From the NCBI RefSeq assembly GCF_030144855.1, contig NC_082719.1, forward strand, positions 56,978,001-57,042,000: 64,000 nt of DNA. The letters run 5' to 3'. The stretch comes from Hypanus sabinus (lineage: Eukaryota). The position numbers and the translations under genes are program-made. How positions within the stretch are numbered: position 1 is the stretch's first letter; each line of letters opens with the position of its first letter. Below, piece by piece: positions 1-12,925 of the stretch. The notes under the pieces were generated by a model. That model was given only the letters and a program-made list of their open reading frames with translations. It made no database searches and was not told where the DNA came from.

Positions 1-3000
1 AGATGGCACTACCAAAGGCATGCAACAGCTTACTGGTAAATCGTAAGGCAAGAGATTTGACTAAAAACATTACTTATAAAATCTTTTCTTAAGCAAAATG
101 TAGTGAACTATCACCACAGACAATGAGGTGACAGCCAAAAGAAAGGGTAGTTTGGAGGATGACCTGTGCTGGGACATTGTGAGGCACAACAGGTTTGAGT
201 CAGGGTAGAAGACAGAGTTCATATTGTGGTTAGAAATGGACTGAGGGATTTTTAGTTGATGAGGAAGAGTTTTGATGCCCATCCACCTAACCTGGGTGCA
301 AGGTTGGATTACATCAGATGCTGTGGTGATATGTTGAGATTAAGAATGACTTCAGGCTGGGTGGCCCAAGTGTACTGTAGCACTGAGGTCCAGGTCCAAC
401 AGTGAGGTACTACCTGGTGCTTGGACACTGGCACAGATAGCCTGGCAGCCCTGTTCAGAACAGAGGCAAGGATCGAGCTGATTTTGCTCACTCTCGTGTG
501 ATGGTTCATGGTGCCAAGGCTGTGAACTGATCCGGCTGCTCTGAGTTTTTGCCCCACTAGTGTGATGAACTAGGACTGAGGCTTACTCTGGTGGCTTCAA
601 GTGTTGATCTGGAACTCAGCCTGGTTCTGAATGCTTTTGGCTTGATTCCATTATTTGCATGGTGTGTGTGTTTTCTCCCCTCTCCTTCTCTGCAATGGTT
701 TTTGCTCTGTCATTCTTTTAAATTAGGTTATTCATGTTTCTTGCTTTGTGCTATCTGCAAGCAGACCAAATTTCAAGGTATATAATTGATACAGTCTTTG
801 AGGATAACTTGGTTTGAATCTTTGAATCAAGCAAGATATTGCTGTCTACCTATGAACTACCTCAAAGGGTAGTGTATCTATATTAAATGCCTGAAGTAAG
901 GTAAGTTGCAGGGTTATGAGGGAAAGGGAAGTGCCTGCGATCAGCTTTCCCTTTCCTTCCCAGGCAGTCCCTCAGGACTGAGAACATCTTGTTTCCACGC
1001 TGATTTTCTGAGTATTTGGGTAGCTAATGAAGAGAATAAGATGAGCCTGAGAGGCTGATGTGCAGATGTTGCATAGTGGTGAGATGGCCCGATTCTTCTG
1101 TTGCTCACTTAGGGATCTGTATAAACTCAGGTGCATGGCCTCAGGTTTTTCAAATATATCCTTAAAGCTCACACACGTATCCTTCCAGTTAATTTGGAGG
1201 ATTTTGTAGGAATAGTTAGGGTAATGTTTTTGAAGTTCTATGTGTTAATTAATTTTTGTTGCCTGGGTTTCAGAAACATACAAGAGGGTTGAAATCATTG
1301 CTGCTTAGCAAATAGTGGATATTTTGCAAGGTCTGAGCTCCTGATCTTAAAATACAATATTTTTCATTCAAACAAAATGATTTGACAGATAAGTGGCGGT
1401 ATATTTCTATCTGCCCTTACCAAGATGATTTCAAACATTTTATCAAAAAAATGATTAATAGAATTAGTTTTCTTTAACAACCATTGCTTCCCACCCTGTC
1501 ATTGAAGTCTCTCAAAAGGTTTAATTTCATACCCATTGGGATAAGGACCAGGATATTTTCAGTGCAGGAGTCGAGATTATTCCCCACTTGCAGCTTTGAG
1601 GTGTTGGTGCAGATCTATTGATGTCTGCAGCAAGCTGGTTCGGTGTCATAAGGAGCAGACTTCTCTTGCATAATCAGAAAATGCCTTCTGAGCCCTTCTC
1701 TGCTATTCAGCTGGTACGTAGAATAGGCTCAATTTCTGAAGTATTATTCTGTGACATGCAAACAGTTAATGCAAACACCTTGATACGAAATTGTAAGTTA
1801 TACTGTAATAATGCCCACAGAAAAGGAATACTTAAGCTTAATTTTGGAGTACTCCATTGGCATGTTTTATTTAATTCTATCTAGTACTTTGAATATGCAT
1901 TCTCAATGAAACTTTTCTTTGTTTTTCTTTTTTTTTTACACTTTATTTCAGCATATATTTTAAATAATTAATCATGCATTTTACAATATTTTAAGTATTT
2001 TAGTCATACTTAATTCTTGAAAATTTTCCAAAATTTTTCAATTTCCATTCATCTTCATTTAAACAATGTAAAATAGCATAAGCTGTCAGAAGGCCAACAG
2101 GGTCGTTTGTGGCTCTGTACACCCAAGACCTATTTGCTCTTCATGCCACAAAATGTCAGTGTAGGACTAGACCTGACAGTGACTTGGAGACCAAGCCCAA
2201 CACAATTTGGCTCATTATACTGTTGCAGTACACATCCTCTTAATATGATTTGGTTCAAAAAGGTTGGCTGTCACATCTAGTTTCAGAATGGTTTCTGCAC
2301 ATTCAATCTCACAGGTCTAGAATCAGTACAAGCTGGGAGTTCAACAACCATTTATACAAATACAAATTGTCTTACAGTAAAACTGCAACAATATGTCCTT
2401 CCAAATCATTAGCCATAAACATAATTGCAACAAACAACATAAAACAAATCACTATTATTTAATTTACAGTTTTATTTTAAGTGTAAAATTTCATGCCTGA
2501 ATATAGAAATCCTGCCATCTAGAAATAATTTGTATATTGATGTCTATGTGATGCATCGATGCACCGTTCAATTTGTGAGAGACTGAGGAATGGCTAAGTA
2601 AGCATCCATAATTTTGACTGTGTACATTATGCCTTCACAATGATATTCCAGGACAGGAACAGGACCAATAAGCTCACATGGGAGTTTGCTGGTGCTGTAG
2701 GAGAAAATATACTCTGTTTTGGAAGAGAGTTGGAAGCCCGAAGGTAGAAAATAAAGGGAGAAAAGATGAGCTGGAAACCAAAGGTAAGGAGTCAGATAAG
2801 GAGTTATTCAGAAAGGAAAACAAATACATGTCCAGAGTTGATGGGGAAGGGGCAGAGTGTAAACCATAACACTGAACCTACAAATAGTGTCAGTCAGGAA
2901 AACTGATCAGATTACATTGAAGGCCAAAAAGCAACAAGGAACAGGAAATATTACAGACCTGATTAGGTCATTATAAGGATTTTAATGGGGTCAGTGAAAC

Positions 3001-4321
3001 TGTAAATAAAATAACCAGGTTTGCCTTACCACTCAGGAAGTCAATATATAGAATGTGGTAAATAAGGTTAATGAACCATATGCACATACGGTCACGAAGA
3101 AATATGCTGCAGTCGCAAAAGTAGAAACGTTGCTCAAATAGGAAAAGGATTGAGCAATAAACATTCTTGGATATAAAGTCATCAGGAGGGACATCAAAAT
3201 AAATGAGGAGTGTTACTGAATAGGGAGAAAGACAATGACAGCTATTTTGCTTAAAGCCAGTACAGTTGGGTGTATTCTGTAGGTTTCCAATTGATGGAGA
3301 TGGAAGAATAAATATGTAAAGATATTACAAAGGCCATTATAATGGGAGACCTTAATTGTACCAATGAAAATTGAGATGGTAACAATGTAAAGGGCTGAGA
3401 GAGTGAAGAATTTCTTAAGTATGTCCATAAAAAATGTACATCATTTGTTGGACTTTGTTTCTGGTCTAACAAGGAAAGAGGCATTGTTTGATGTGTTTTT
3501 AGGGAATGAGTTGAATCAAATGACTCAAATTTCAGCAGATGAAAATTTAGAAGTTCGTGATCATAGCATTTAGAGTTAGACTAGTTTTAGAAAAAAAAGC
3601 TGTAATTCCAAGGAAAAATAATTCATTGAAGTCAGTAAGTTTTAATGAGTGAGAATAAATACACCCAAATAAATTGGAACTAAAAATTGACAGGCAAAGT
3701 TGTAGCAGAACAATATTAGGTGCCAACATAATTGGGAGTCCAAATACTCAATAGGTATATAAAAAGTGAAATGGATATATACATTTGGGTGGCATTAAGA
3801 CAAAAATGGGAAATTACTTGCTAAGGCAGTGTCAATATACCAACTGAGTAGTTTGTATCTGTTTTTGGAGGGGATTTCCAAAATATTGTTGCAGGTATTA
3901 ACAGGTGAGACTTAAAATATGATGGTACGGAGGACATTAAAAGGATTGTTGCATATAAAGTAGGTAAGTCACCAGGAACAGATGGGGTACATCCTAAGAT
4001 TTTTCAAAAAGCACAGGAGGAAATTGTGAGGACGCTTACCATAAATTTGCAATGCTTTTTGTATTCAGGACTGGTGACTGAGGGCAGCAGACTAGCAACC
4101 TTTTGCTCTTGTTCAATAATGGGAACATGTCCAGCAACTACAAGCCAATCAGTTTCATCTCATTGATGCAACTGATATAGAAACATTAATCTGGGACAGA
4201 ATTCATAGTCACCTGGAGGGAAATGAATTAAGGCAATCCAGCCTACATTCGTCAATGGAAAATTATGTTTATCCAATTTGATACCATTTTCTGACGAAGT
4301 AACAATAGAGTTAATGAGGGT

Positions 4322-4836
4322 GAGTCAAGAAACTACAGATCCTGGAACCTGCAGCAGTACCCAAATGCTGAAGGGACTCGGCAGGTCAGTCATCAAGTTC
4401 AAATGAAGGTTTATTTTATTTCGAGATACAGCGTGGAATTGGTCCATCTACTGCAGCAAGCCACACCACCCAGCAACCCACCTACTTAACCTCAGCCTCA
4501 TCACAGGACAAATTAAAATGAGCAATCAACCTGCTAACAGGCACGTCTTTGATTTGTGAGAGGAAACCAGTGCACCTGGAAGAAACCCGCGCATTCACGG
4601 TGAAGACATACAAACTTCTTACAGAGGATGCTGGAATTGAACTTCAACCTCTGATGTCTCTAGCTGTAGTAGTGTCGCGCCAATGTCTAAGCTATAGTGG
4701 TGCACACACCCAGGTCTCCCGTATGCCAGAAAAGAATTCTATCACCGAACCACCAATGGTTCTTGACTGAAACACTGATTGTCCATTTCCTTATTTAGAT
4801 GCTGACCAATCGACTGCATTCCTCCAGCATTTTGGC
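4322..4836. mobile_element. Inverted pair of Penelope-like pseudo-LTR arms (old palindromic mini-element) with a SINE nested inside
   Basis: Left arm ...aaatgctgaagggactcggcaggtcagtcatc and right arm gatgctgaccaatcgactgcattcctccagcattttg are degenerate reverse complements. Flanked by gttaatgagggt (4310-4321) and gttaatgatggt (4837-4848). Confidence 0.6.
4408..4700 (-). mobile_element. tRNA-derived V-SINE (HE1-like)
   Basis: Reverse-complement V-domain-like core gaggaaaccagtgcacctggaagaaacccgcgcattcacggtgaagacatacaaact, B-box-like ggaattgaac, T-rich tail at left. Homologous to the copies at 29529 and 42474. Confidence 0.7.
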
Positions 4837-6838
4837 GTTAATGATGGTAATGCGATTAAATTGGTGCACAAGGATTTCCAGATGCATTTAGACAAATGTA
4901 GCTTATCAGCAAAAATGAAGAACATAGCATAAAAGGGATATTGATAGCATGGATAACTGGCTAAGTAGCAGGCGAGGATTGTGGTGCAGGGCTGCTTTTA
5001 GACTTGAAAATGGTAAATGAAAGCTTTCCCTATAGATCAATAATAAAGCCATTGCATTTTTTAAATCCATATTATGATCTAGATTTCAGGATATAAGCCA
5101 CAATTTCTGAATTTGCAGCTGACACAATACTTGATGGTACTATGAACTATAAAGAGTACAATGATAAATTGTAGCAGGAAACAAATAGACTACTAGAATA
5201 GACAGGTGTGGGACAGTCTACTGAGCAGAAATGTGAGGTGATGCATTTTAGGCAGGATATTGAAAAGAAGTAACATTGTCTAAAGGGTACTGTTCAAAAA
5301 CAATTGCAGGATTTTTCAGTAATTATTTATTTGCTCCAGAATCATTTCTCAGGTATACAATTCTCTTAAATGATATCAACATTAGCCTTATATAGGAATT
5401 CAGTATAACCAAGCACCACACTGATCTGAATAAAGAACAGCAGCTCTGATCACTGATCAATCAGGTTTAATGGATCCATTTCCCCAGTAACTGACAAAAC
5501 CGCCTCCTTTGCCTTCACTAACAGATATGACTTCCTCTAACTTCAAACACAGCTTCATATCAGGACCAGTCACATTCACTTTTAGCTTCCTAGCCTCAGG
5601 ATGATTTCAAAATACTGTTCCCAATCTTTGGCAAATCTCACTGCCCAGTGCTCTCTGCATTAGACTAATACTCAAATTTCATAATCAAGGAGAGATGACT
5701 TCATCTCTTTCTCACTTAACGATAGTATAGAGGTAGGGATTTGCCTGTAATGCTGTCTTTGATGAAGTGCGCTCATCTATACTCAAGGGGTTTCACTGGC
5801 AACCGCCTGCCATAAGTACTTGGCATGTAGTCCTGAAAGATTTTCATGGCCCACTTCCATACGAGTCCTGCAAGCTAGGTTCTTCAACAATGTCCCTACC
5901 TCTCTCTGAGGCGCTGGAAGCACACTGATATTCTATCATTGTAGAAGGCATCAACTGAATAACAACATGCATCATGGCTGAAAGCAAAACAATTAGTTTT
6001 TACCAGCAATATTGTGTAAAACTATTAACAAGTTCCAGAGTGTGCATTTAGATGCTGCAGTCCAACAGATATGCTCAGTGATTCTGCTTTTCCCTGAGCT
6101 GTTCCTTTGTAGCCTTGCCCAGCGATAAGACACTTATCAGTGGTTCCTGTTATCAAAGGCCTCAAAAATGTCTCTCAATGCTGCATAAGATGTGAGAGCT
6201 TTGAGGCATTAAGTTATAATTGCTCTGTAACAAACACTATTTCACTTAAAATGTTAACTTTATTTGCATAGATCTAATTTGCATTGATAACTGTTTCAAA
6301 ATTTAATAGAAATTAGGATAATGAAATTTTCTTTTTTTTTTAAGTTTATGGCAACCCATCTTCAATTCTAACATTTCACAGGTTCCAAACAGGGTGTTAT
6401 AAACTGTTAAGTGTTTACATACCAATTTAAAAAGTAATTGGCTTCTAAATTTTATGAAGACTTATTTGACCACTCAGCCAACTCAACAGATATCTCGACT
6501 TCTGGAACTGAGTAATCCCTCAACTATACATTGAGAGAAAAAGACAAAAATTACACACTATGTATCTCTGAGTTGGATGTTCTTTTAATGGGACCCAATC
6601 TGTCAGTGCATTGCACAAATAATCTTGTCTGAAGCTCAGTCATTAATTGCAGTCATGCAGTTTGACACTGGTCCTTCTTTCCCAATGCTTTGACACAGCT
6701 CCTTCATGACAGGCTTGTACTTATGCTTGCAATGATCTATCTGCATGGTATGCAAAATAAAACTTTTTAACATCTTGGCACATGTGATGATAATAATAAT
6801 AAAACAATTATGAATTACCAATTTCCATGTTTGCATAG

Positions 6839-7023
6839 TGTGGTGAACTATATATACCTGTCTGGACACGCCCCCTGCTGACTGCTCCTGTGGCCCCTCC
6901 CACTGACCCCAGCCCTCAGTCTCCAGAATGTAGCATGGTGGTCAATTACTGCTTGTTCTTTTTTCCAGTCAATAAAAGCCGATATCTCCCCTCACATCTC
7001 AGAGAATTATTGATGCTGCATCA
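6839..7023 (+). mobile_element. Solo LTR (185 bp), probably Gypsy-type
   Basis: TG...CA termini, AATAAA near 6971, perfect 5-bp TSD CATAG (6834-6838 / 7024-7028). Confidence 0.85.
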
Positions 7024-7059
7024 CATAGTGACATCAAACAGGATACTTTGACATAATAC

Positions 7060-8290
7060 ATACAAAAATATTCATGTCTCCCTTAAATTTTTCAACGTTC
7101 ACTCTCAACCAATGAGCTCTAGTCATTAGACTCAGTGGAAAACATCTGCTTGCATTTACCCTATCTATCTCCCTCATAATTTTGTATATGTTTCTCAAAT
7201 CTCCTCTCAGTCTTCTACGTTCTAAAGTATACAGTTCTAACCTATTCAATCTTTCTTTATTTCTCAGGTCCTCCAGACCCAGCCACATCCTAGAAATTTT
7301 ACTTTGTACTCTTTCTACCTTGTTTACATTTTTCCTGTAGGTAGATGACCAAAATTGCACACAATACTCTAAATTAGGCCCCACTAATGTCTTATACATC
7401 ACCATTCTATCGCCTGTACTCACTACTTTGATTTATGAAGGCCATTGTGTCAAAAGCTTCCTTACAACCCTTTCTACCTCTGACACCAGATCCCTTTGTT
7501 CTACAGCACTCTTCACTGTCATACTGTTCAGTGTGCGAGATCTGGGTTGGTCCTACTGAAGTACAACACCTTGCACTTGTCTGCATTAAATTCTAACTGT
7601 CATTTTTCAACCCACTTCTACAGCTGGTCCAGATTCTGCTGCAAGGTTTGTTAGCCTTCCTCACAGTCCACTACACTCCTAATCCTAGTGTTATCACAGA
7701 ATTGTTCATCCAGATTACTGATATAGATGATAAAGAACAATAGATTCTGCACCAGTCCCCGCGGCACTCTGCTAGTTACAGGCCTCTAGTCAGAGAGGCA
7801 AGCATCCACTACGACTCACTGGCTTCTCCCACAACACCAATGTTGAATTCAATTTACTACCTCATCTTGAATGCCTAGCAACTGAACCTTCTTGACCAAC
7901 TTCCCATGCAGGGCTTTGTCAAATGCCTTGCTCAGGTTCAAGTAGAGTACATCCACTGTCTTGCCTTCATCAGCTTTCCTGCTAAATTACTCAAAAAACT
8001 TGAAACTTGGTTAACCATGACCTACCACACATGAAGCCATGCTGACTATCACAAATCAGTCCACGTTATTCCAAATACTCATATATCCAGGTCCCTTAGA
8101 ATACATTCTAATAACTTTCCCACTACTGATGCCAGGCTCACTGGCCTATAATTTCCTCATGTATTTTTAGAGCCTTTCTTAAACAGCAGAACAACAATAG
8201 CTATCCTTCAATTCTCTGGTGCTTTACCTATCGCTAAGGATGGTGTAAATGTCTCTGCTAGGGGCCCTCTGCACTTGCCCCCAGGAACAG
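7060..8290 (-). mobile_element. 5'-truncated CR1 LINE (RT and C-terminal domain), degraded
   Basis: ORF 7034-7423 reads YKTLVGPNLEYCVQFWS...LERRRLRGDL, a typical CR1 ORF2 C-terminus. Upstream on the minus strand are NYRPVSL and KAFDK-like motifs. Confidence 0.9.
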
Positions 8291-9171
8291 CTTGTGTTAC
8301 TTTTGTTGGTAAAATGTTGAGACTCAAAAGTAGTAATTGTTTTCCACTTCATTGTAATAGAATTGAAATAGAAGTCACTACATCTACAGCTGAAAAATGA
8401 TGGTGCAAGTTCTGTAAATAGTCACATAATGTTTTGTGAAGAGGGCCAGAATAACAATCTGCATTATTTAGAAACTCTACTTAAGTGATTGCGGAAATTC
8501 TGATCATTTGGAGAAGTCCTTTTCTCTATCATTCAAAACAAGCTTTGACGTTAGACTGGCCACAGCAGCCAGTGGTGAAACAACGACCACATAATTTCAC
8601 ATCACTTATACGAGGAAATCTGCATACTATTTCTTGTCTTACGAAGATCATCAGGTTACAGGTAATTTACAATTTTTAAAACAAAAATGATATTATTTAT
8701 TCGGTAAAGCTTTTTTTTTAAAATGTGTCTTGTTTATAGTTTGTGAGTAACAGAGATATTCACAGATATCTCAAAGCTTTTGATGGGATCGATCACCATT
8801 AAGCCTAAGTAAAAGTGCGCCAACTGTCTGTCAATGCATCTCCTGGAGTGAGGGTGGGACATGTCAGTCACAGCAAGAAGGGTCCACTCTCCACAGCACC
8901 TAATCGATCAGGAGCAGTGTAACTACAGAAAGGTATGCACCTGAAACTGAAGAGGGCTGGACAAATCCATCTCGCAGTCAGTTTAGTAAGAGACAGACTT
9001 CAAGACCCAGAGGACCAGGTTGATCTAATGCTATGATCCAATGATGACTGTGAGGCCAGATTCTGCTCTAACTCAGTCAATAATTTTACCCTGGCCCAAA
9101 AGCATAAGAAGCTGCAGAGAGACGAGGACACAGCTCAGCGCAGCACAGAAACCAGCCTTCCATCCATGGAT

Positions 9172-9397
9172 AAAAACACAAAATGCTGGCAGAACTCAGC
9201 AGGTCGGACAGCATCGATGGGAGGAGGTAGTGGTGCCGTTTCGGGCCGAAACCCTTCACCAGGAGTGCACTCATGATGAAGAGTTTCGGCCCGAAACATG
9301 GTCACTACGTCCTCTCATAGATGCTGCCTGGCCTGCTGAGTTCTGCCAGCATTTTGTGTTTTTACTTATTTCCAGCATCTGCAGATTCACTTGTATT
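9172..9397. mobile_element. Palindromic Penelope pseudo-LTR mini-element (226 bp) with a hammerhead-like motif on each strand
   Basis: Two ~95-bp arms are reverse complements centred on gagtgcactc (~9262-9271). Perfect 17-bp direct repeat gccttccatccatggat at 9155-9171 and 9398-9414. Confidence 0.85.
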
Positions 9398-9746
9398 GCC
9401 TTCCATCCATGGATTCTGTCAATACTTCTTGCTGCCTCAGTAAAGCAGTCAGTGTAATCAAATAACCCATATATCCTCCATTCTATTTTCTCTCCTTTTC
9501 CATTCACAGAACATACAAATGCCTAAAACCAGGTTCAAGTCTGTTTATAAGTCTATTGAAAAGTTTCCTTGTACAATAAGATGGATTCTTGACCTCATCA
9601 TCTACCTTGTTAAGGCCTTGCACCTTCTCTGTAACTATAATACTTTATTCTGAATCCTGCCATTTTCTCTTGTCCTTCCTGAATGCACTGTTGTAATGAA
9701 ACAAGCTGTGTGAATGGCATGGAAAACAACATTTTTTCATTGTACA

Positions 9747-10706
9747 AACACGAGGAAATCTGCAGATGCTGGAAATTCAAACAACAACACACTCAAAATG
9801 CTGGTGGAACACAGCAGGCCAGGCAGCATCTACAGGGAGAAGCGCTGTCGGCATTTCGGGCCGAGACCCTTCGTCAGGACTAACCGAAAGTAAAGATAGT
9901 AAGAGATTTGAAAGTAATGGGGGGAGGGGAAATGTGAAATGATAGGAGAAGACCGGAGGGGGTGGGATGAAGCTAAGAGTTGGAAAGGTGATTGGCGAAA
10001 GTGATACAGAGCTGGAGAAGGGAAAGGATCATGGGACGGGAGGCCTCAGGAGAAAGAAGTGGGGGGGGGGGGGAGCACCAGAGGGAGATGAAGAGCAGGC
10101 AAACAACTAAATATGTCAGGGATGGAGTAAGAAGGGGAGGAGGGGCATTAACAGAAGTTAGACAAGTCAATGTTCATGCCATCAGGTTGGAGGCTACCCA
10201 GCTGGTATATAAGGTGTTGTTCCTCCAACCTGAGTTTGGATTCATTTTGACAATAGAGGCCATAGATAGACATATCAGAATGGGAATGGGACGTGGAATT
10301 AAAATGTGTGGCCACTGGGAGATCCTGCTTTTTCTGGCAGGGCAGACGCAGCGTAGGTGTTCAGCGAAACGGTCTCCCAGTCTGCATCGGGTCTCACCAA
10401 TATATAAAAGGCCACACCGGGAGCACTGGATGCAGTATACCACACCAGCCGACTCACAGGTGAAGTGTCGCCTCACCTGGAAGGACTGTCTGGGGCCCTG
10501 AATGGTGGTGAGGGAGGAAGTGTAAGGGCAGGTGTAGCACTTGTTCCGTTTACAAGGATAAGTGCCAGGAGGGAGATCGGTGGGAAGGGATGGGGGGGGG
10601 GGACAAGTGGACAAGGGAGTCACGTAGGGAGCGATCCCTGCAAAAAGCAGGGGGGGGGGGGGGAGAGAAAAATGTGTTTGGTAGTGGGATCCCGTTGGAG
10701 GTGGCA
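9747..10706 (-). mobile_element. Penelope-like element 3' fragment: GIY-YIG endonuclease and pseudo-LTR
   Basis: ORF 10174-10740 contains CxxxKCYTCP...FTCESAGVVYCIQCSRCGLLYIGETRCRLGDRFAEH (PLE-type GIY-YIG with Cys motifs), frameshifted near 10330. pLTR at ~9747-9890. Confidence 0.92.
9845..9885 (-). ncRNA. Minimal type I hammerhead ribozyme motif (degenerate) in Penelope pLTR
   Basis: Minus strand reads agtc-CTGACGA-agggtctcggccc-GAAA-tgcc-gac. The CUGANGA and GAAA cores and stem II are present; the stem III/cleavage triplet deviates from ACGUC. Confidence 0.6.
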
Positions 10707-11264
10707 TTGTTCCCTGGTATGTGTGACAATAATAATTCAATTTAATTTACCAGTCATTAATAACATCCGTTTGTAAATGAGTGGTATAAAATGAAAAAAA
10801 AAAGGCTTCCTACCTAGGCCTCTACTCTGTGGAATTGTGTGTGTTGGGTTCAATATGTTATGTGAATGGTACTGTTTTGATAGAAGTCAACAAGGATGAG
10901 TAAAGACTCAACTGAATATTGCGTTACATGCACTTCAGTGATTCTTGGGATTATTTCTCTGAAACAATTGGTGTAGCAATGTTCGCTGAAATGGAGTTGG
11001 ATATCATTGATTTAGATTTTTTTTATGCTTGCATCAGTTAGACCATGACATAATTGAGCTGCTTGCATTACAATAATAAATCCTCAACTGAGTATGTGGA
11101 AAGAATGGGAACATTTTTTGTTGCAAAATATATCACAGAAGAAGTTATCACTTCTTCTGCACTCTGCTTTGCTATTATGATCTTCAAATTGATAGTTTTC
11201 AACTGCAGTAAAACATGGAGACAGGACATTTGAAGGGACTCATGGTCTTCCCCGGTAAAACAGC

Positions 11265-12925
11265 AATTAGCACAAATAGCACACGTGACTTGTGGCGAGG
11301 GCTGTATACCATTTCAGACTTCAAAGCCAAACATAGTGGTGCCAGCATCGGGGCCGCTCTCCCAAATGAGCTCAATCGCTTTTACACTTGGTTGGATGTT
11401 GCTAATTCTGAGCCTCCGAGGAAAGCCACAGCCACAACCTGAAACCTGGTCATCTCTGAGGCTGAGGTACGCAGCTGTTTCCAATGAGTGGACGTTTGCA
11501 AGGCTACGGGACCAGAGGACATCCCAGGGCAAGTACTCAGGATGTGCACAGCACAACTGGCTGGTGTGCTTACACACATTTTTAATCTCTCTCTCCCCCA
11601 GTGTAGAGTGCCCTCCTGCTTCAAATTATCCACCATTGTCCCTGTACCAAAAATAACAAGGTAACATGCCTGAACGACTGGCGTCCTTTCGCACTCACCT
11701 CAATAATAAGCAAATGCTCTGAGATGTTGGTCAAGAACTACATCTGTAGCATGCTACCATCCAAACTGGATCCCTTACAATTCACCTACTGACACAACCT
11801 ATTGACAGACGACACAATAGCCACTGCGCTACATACCGTCCTTACACATCTTGAGAAGAAGGGTGCTTATGTGAGACTGCTGTTCTCGGCCTACAGTTCA
11901 GCATTCATCTCCATAATTCCATCCAGGCTCAACAAGAAGCTCAGAAACCTTGGACTTGATCCTGCTTTGTGCAGCTGGATCCTGGACTTCCTGTCAGGTT
12001 GCTAGCAGCTTGTAAGAGTGGGCTCCCTCACCTGCACTCCTCTGACTCTCAACACAGGAGCCCCTCAGGGCTGTGTACTGTCCACTCCTTTACTCCCTGT
12101 ATAGCCACCACTGTGTCGCCACCCACAGCTCTAATCTGCTAATTAAATTTGCTGACGACTCTACATTGATTGGCCTAATTTCAAACAATAACGAGGTGGC
12201 CTACAGAGAAGAAGTCATCTCTCTGACAGAGTGGTGTCAAGAAAACAACCTCTCCCTCAATGCTGCAAAAACAAAGGAGCTGGTTGTGGATTACAGGAGG
12301 AATGGAGACGGGCTAACCCCTATTGACATCAGTGGATCAGCATCCACAGCATCATGTAGTCTGTACACACCAGGTGTGTGGTGAAAAAGGCACAACAGTG
12401 CCCCTTTCACCTCAGACGGTTGAGTAAGTTTGGTATGGGCTCCCAAACCCTAAGAACTTTCTACAGGGGGCACAATTTAGAGCATCCTGACTGGCTGCAT
12501 CACTGCCTGGTATCTGTACTTCCTCAATGACAGGACTCTGCAGAGAGTGGTGTAGATAGCCCAACACATCTGTAAATGAAAACTTCCCATGATTGAAGAC
12601 ATTTACAAAGACAGGTGTGTAAAAATGGCCCGAAGGATCATTCAGGACCCGAGTCACCTCAACCACAATCTATTCTAGCTACTACCATCTGGGAAACAAT
12701 ATTGCAGCATAAAAGCCAGGAACAACGGGCTCCGGGACAGCTTCTTCCACCAGGCCATCAGACTGATGAACTCACGCTGATTTGAGTGTATTCTATGTTA
12801 TATTGAATGTTCTATTTATTATAAATTACTATGACTGCACATTGCACATTTAGACAGAGATATAACAAAGATTTTTACTTCTCATGTACGTGAAAGATGT
12901 AAGAAATAAAATCGATTCAATTCAA
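11265..12925 (+). mobile_element. Rex1/Babar-like LINE, 5'-truncated, pseudogenised RT
   Basis: ORF pieces with [55 protein letters not shown]. 3' tail aataaaatcgattcaattcaa. Confidence 0.85.

Larger units (their letters stand above)
2960..5310 (+). mobile_element. Degraded CR1-clade LINE (APE endonuclease + RT remnants), interrupted at 4322-4836
   Basis: Broken motifs in order: IIMGDLN (~3337), KSPGTDGVHPK (~3967), NYKPIS (~4136), DFQMHLDK resembling DFQKAFDK (~4873), FAADT resembling FADDT (~5112). Many stops and frameshifts. Confidence 0.75.

Noticed and set aside
918-959. 13-bp hairpin gagggaaagggaa/ttccctttccttc
   Set aside because: Low complexity and isolated; likely chance.
9172-9363. 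CRISPR-like array or miRNA precursor
   Set aside because: No repeat-spacer series; the hairpin is explained by inverted Penelope pLTRs.
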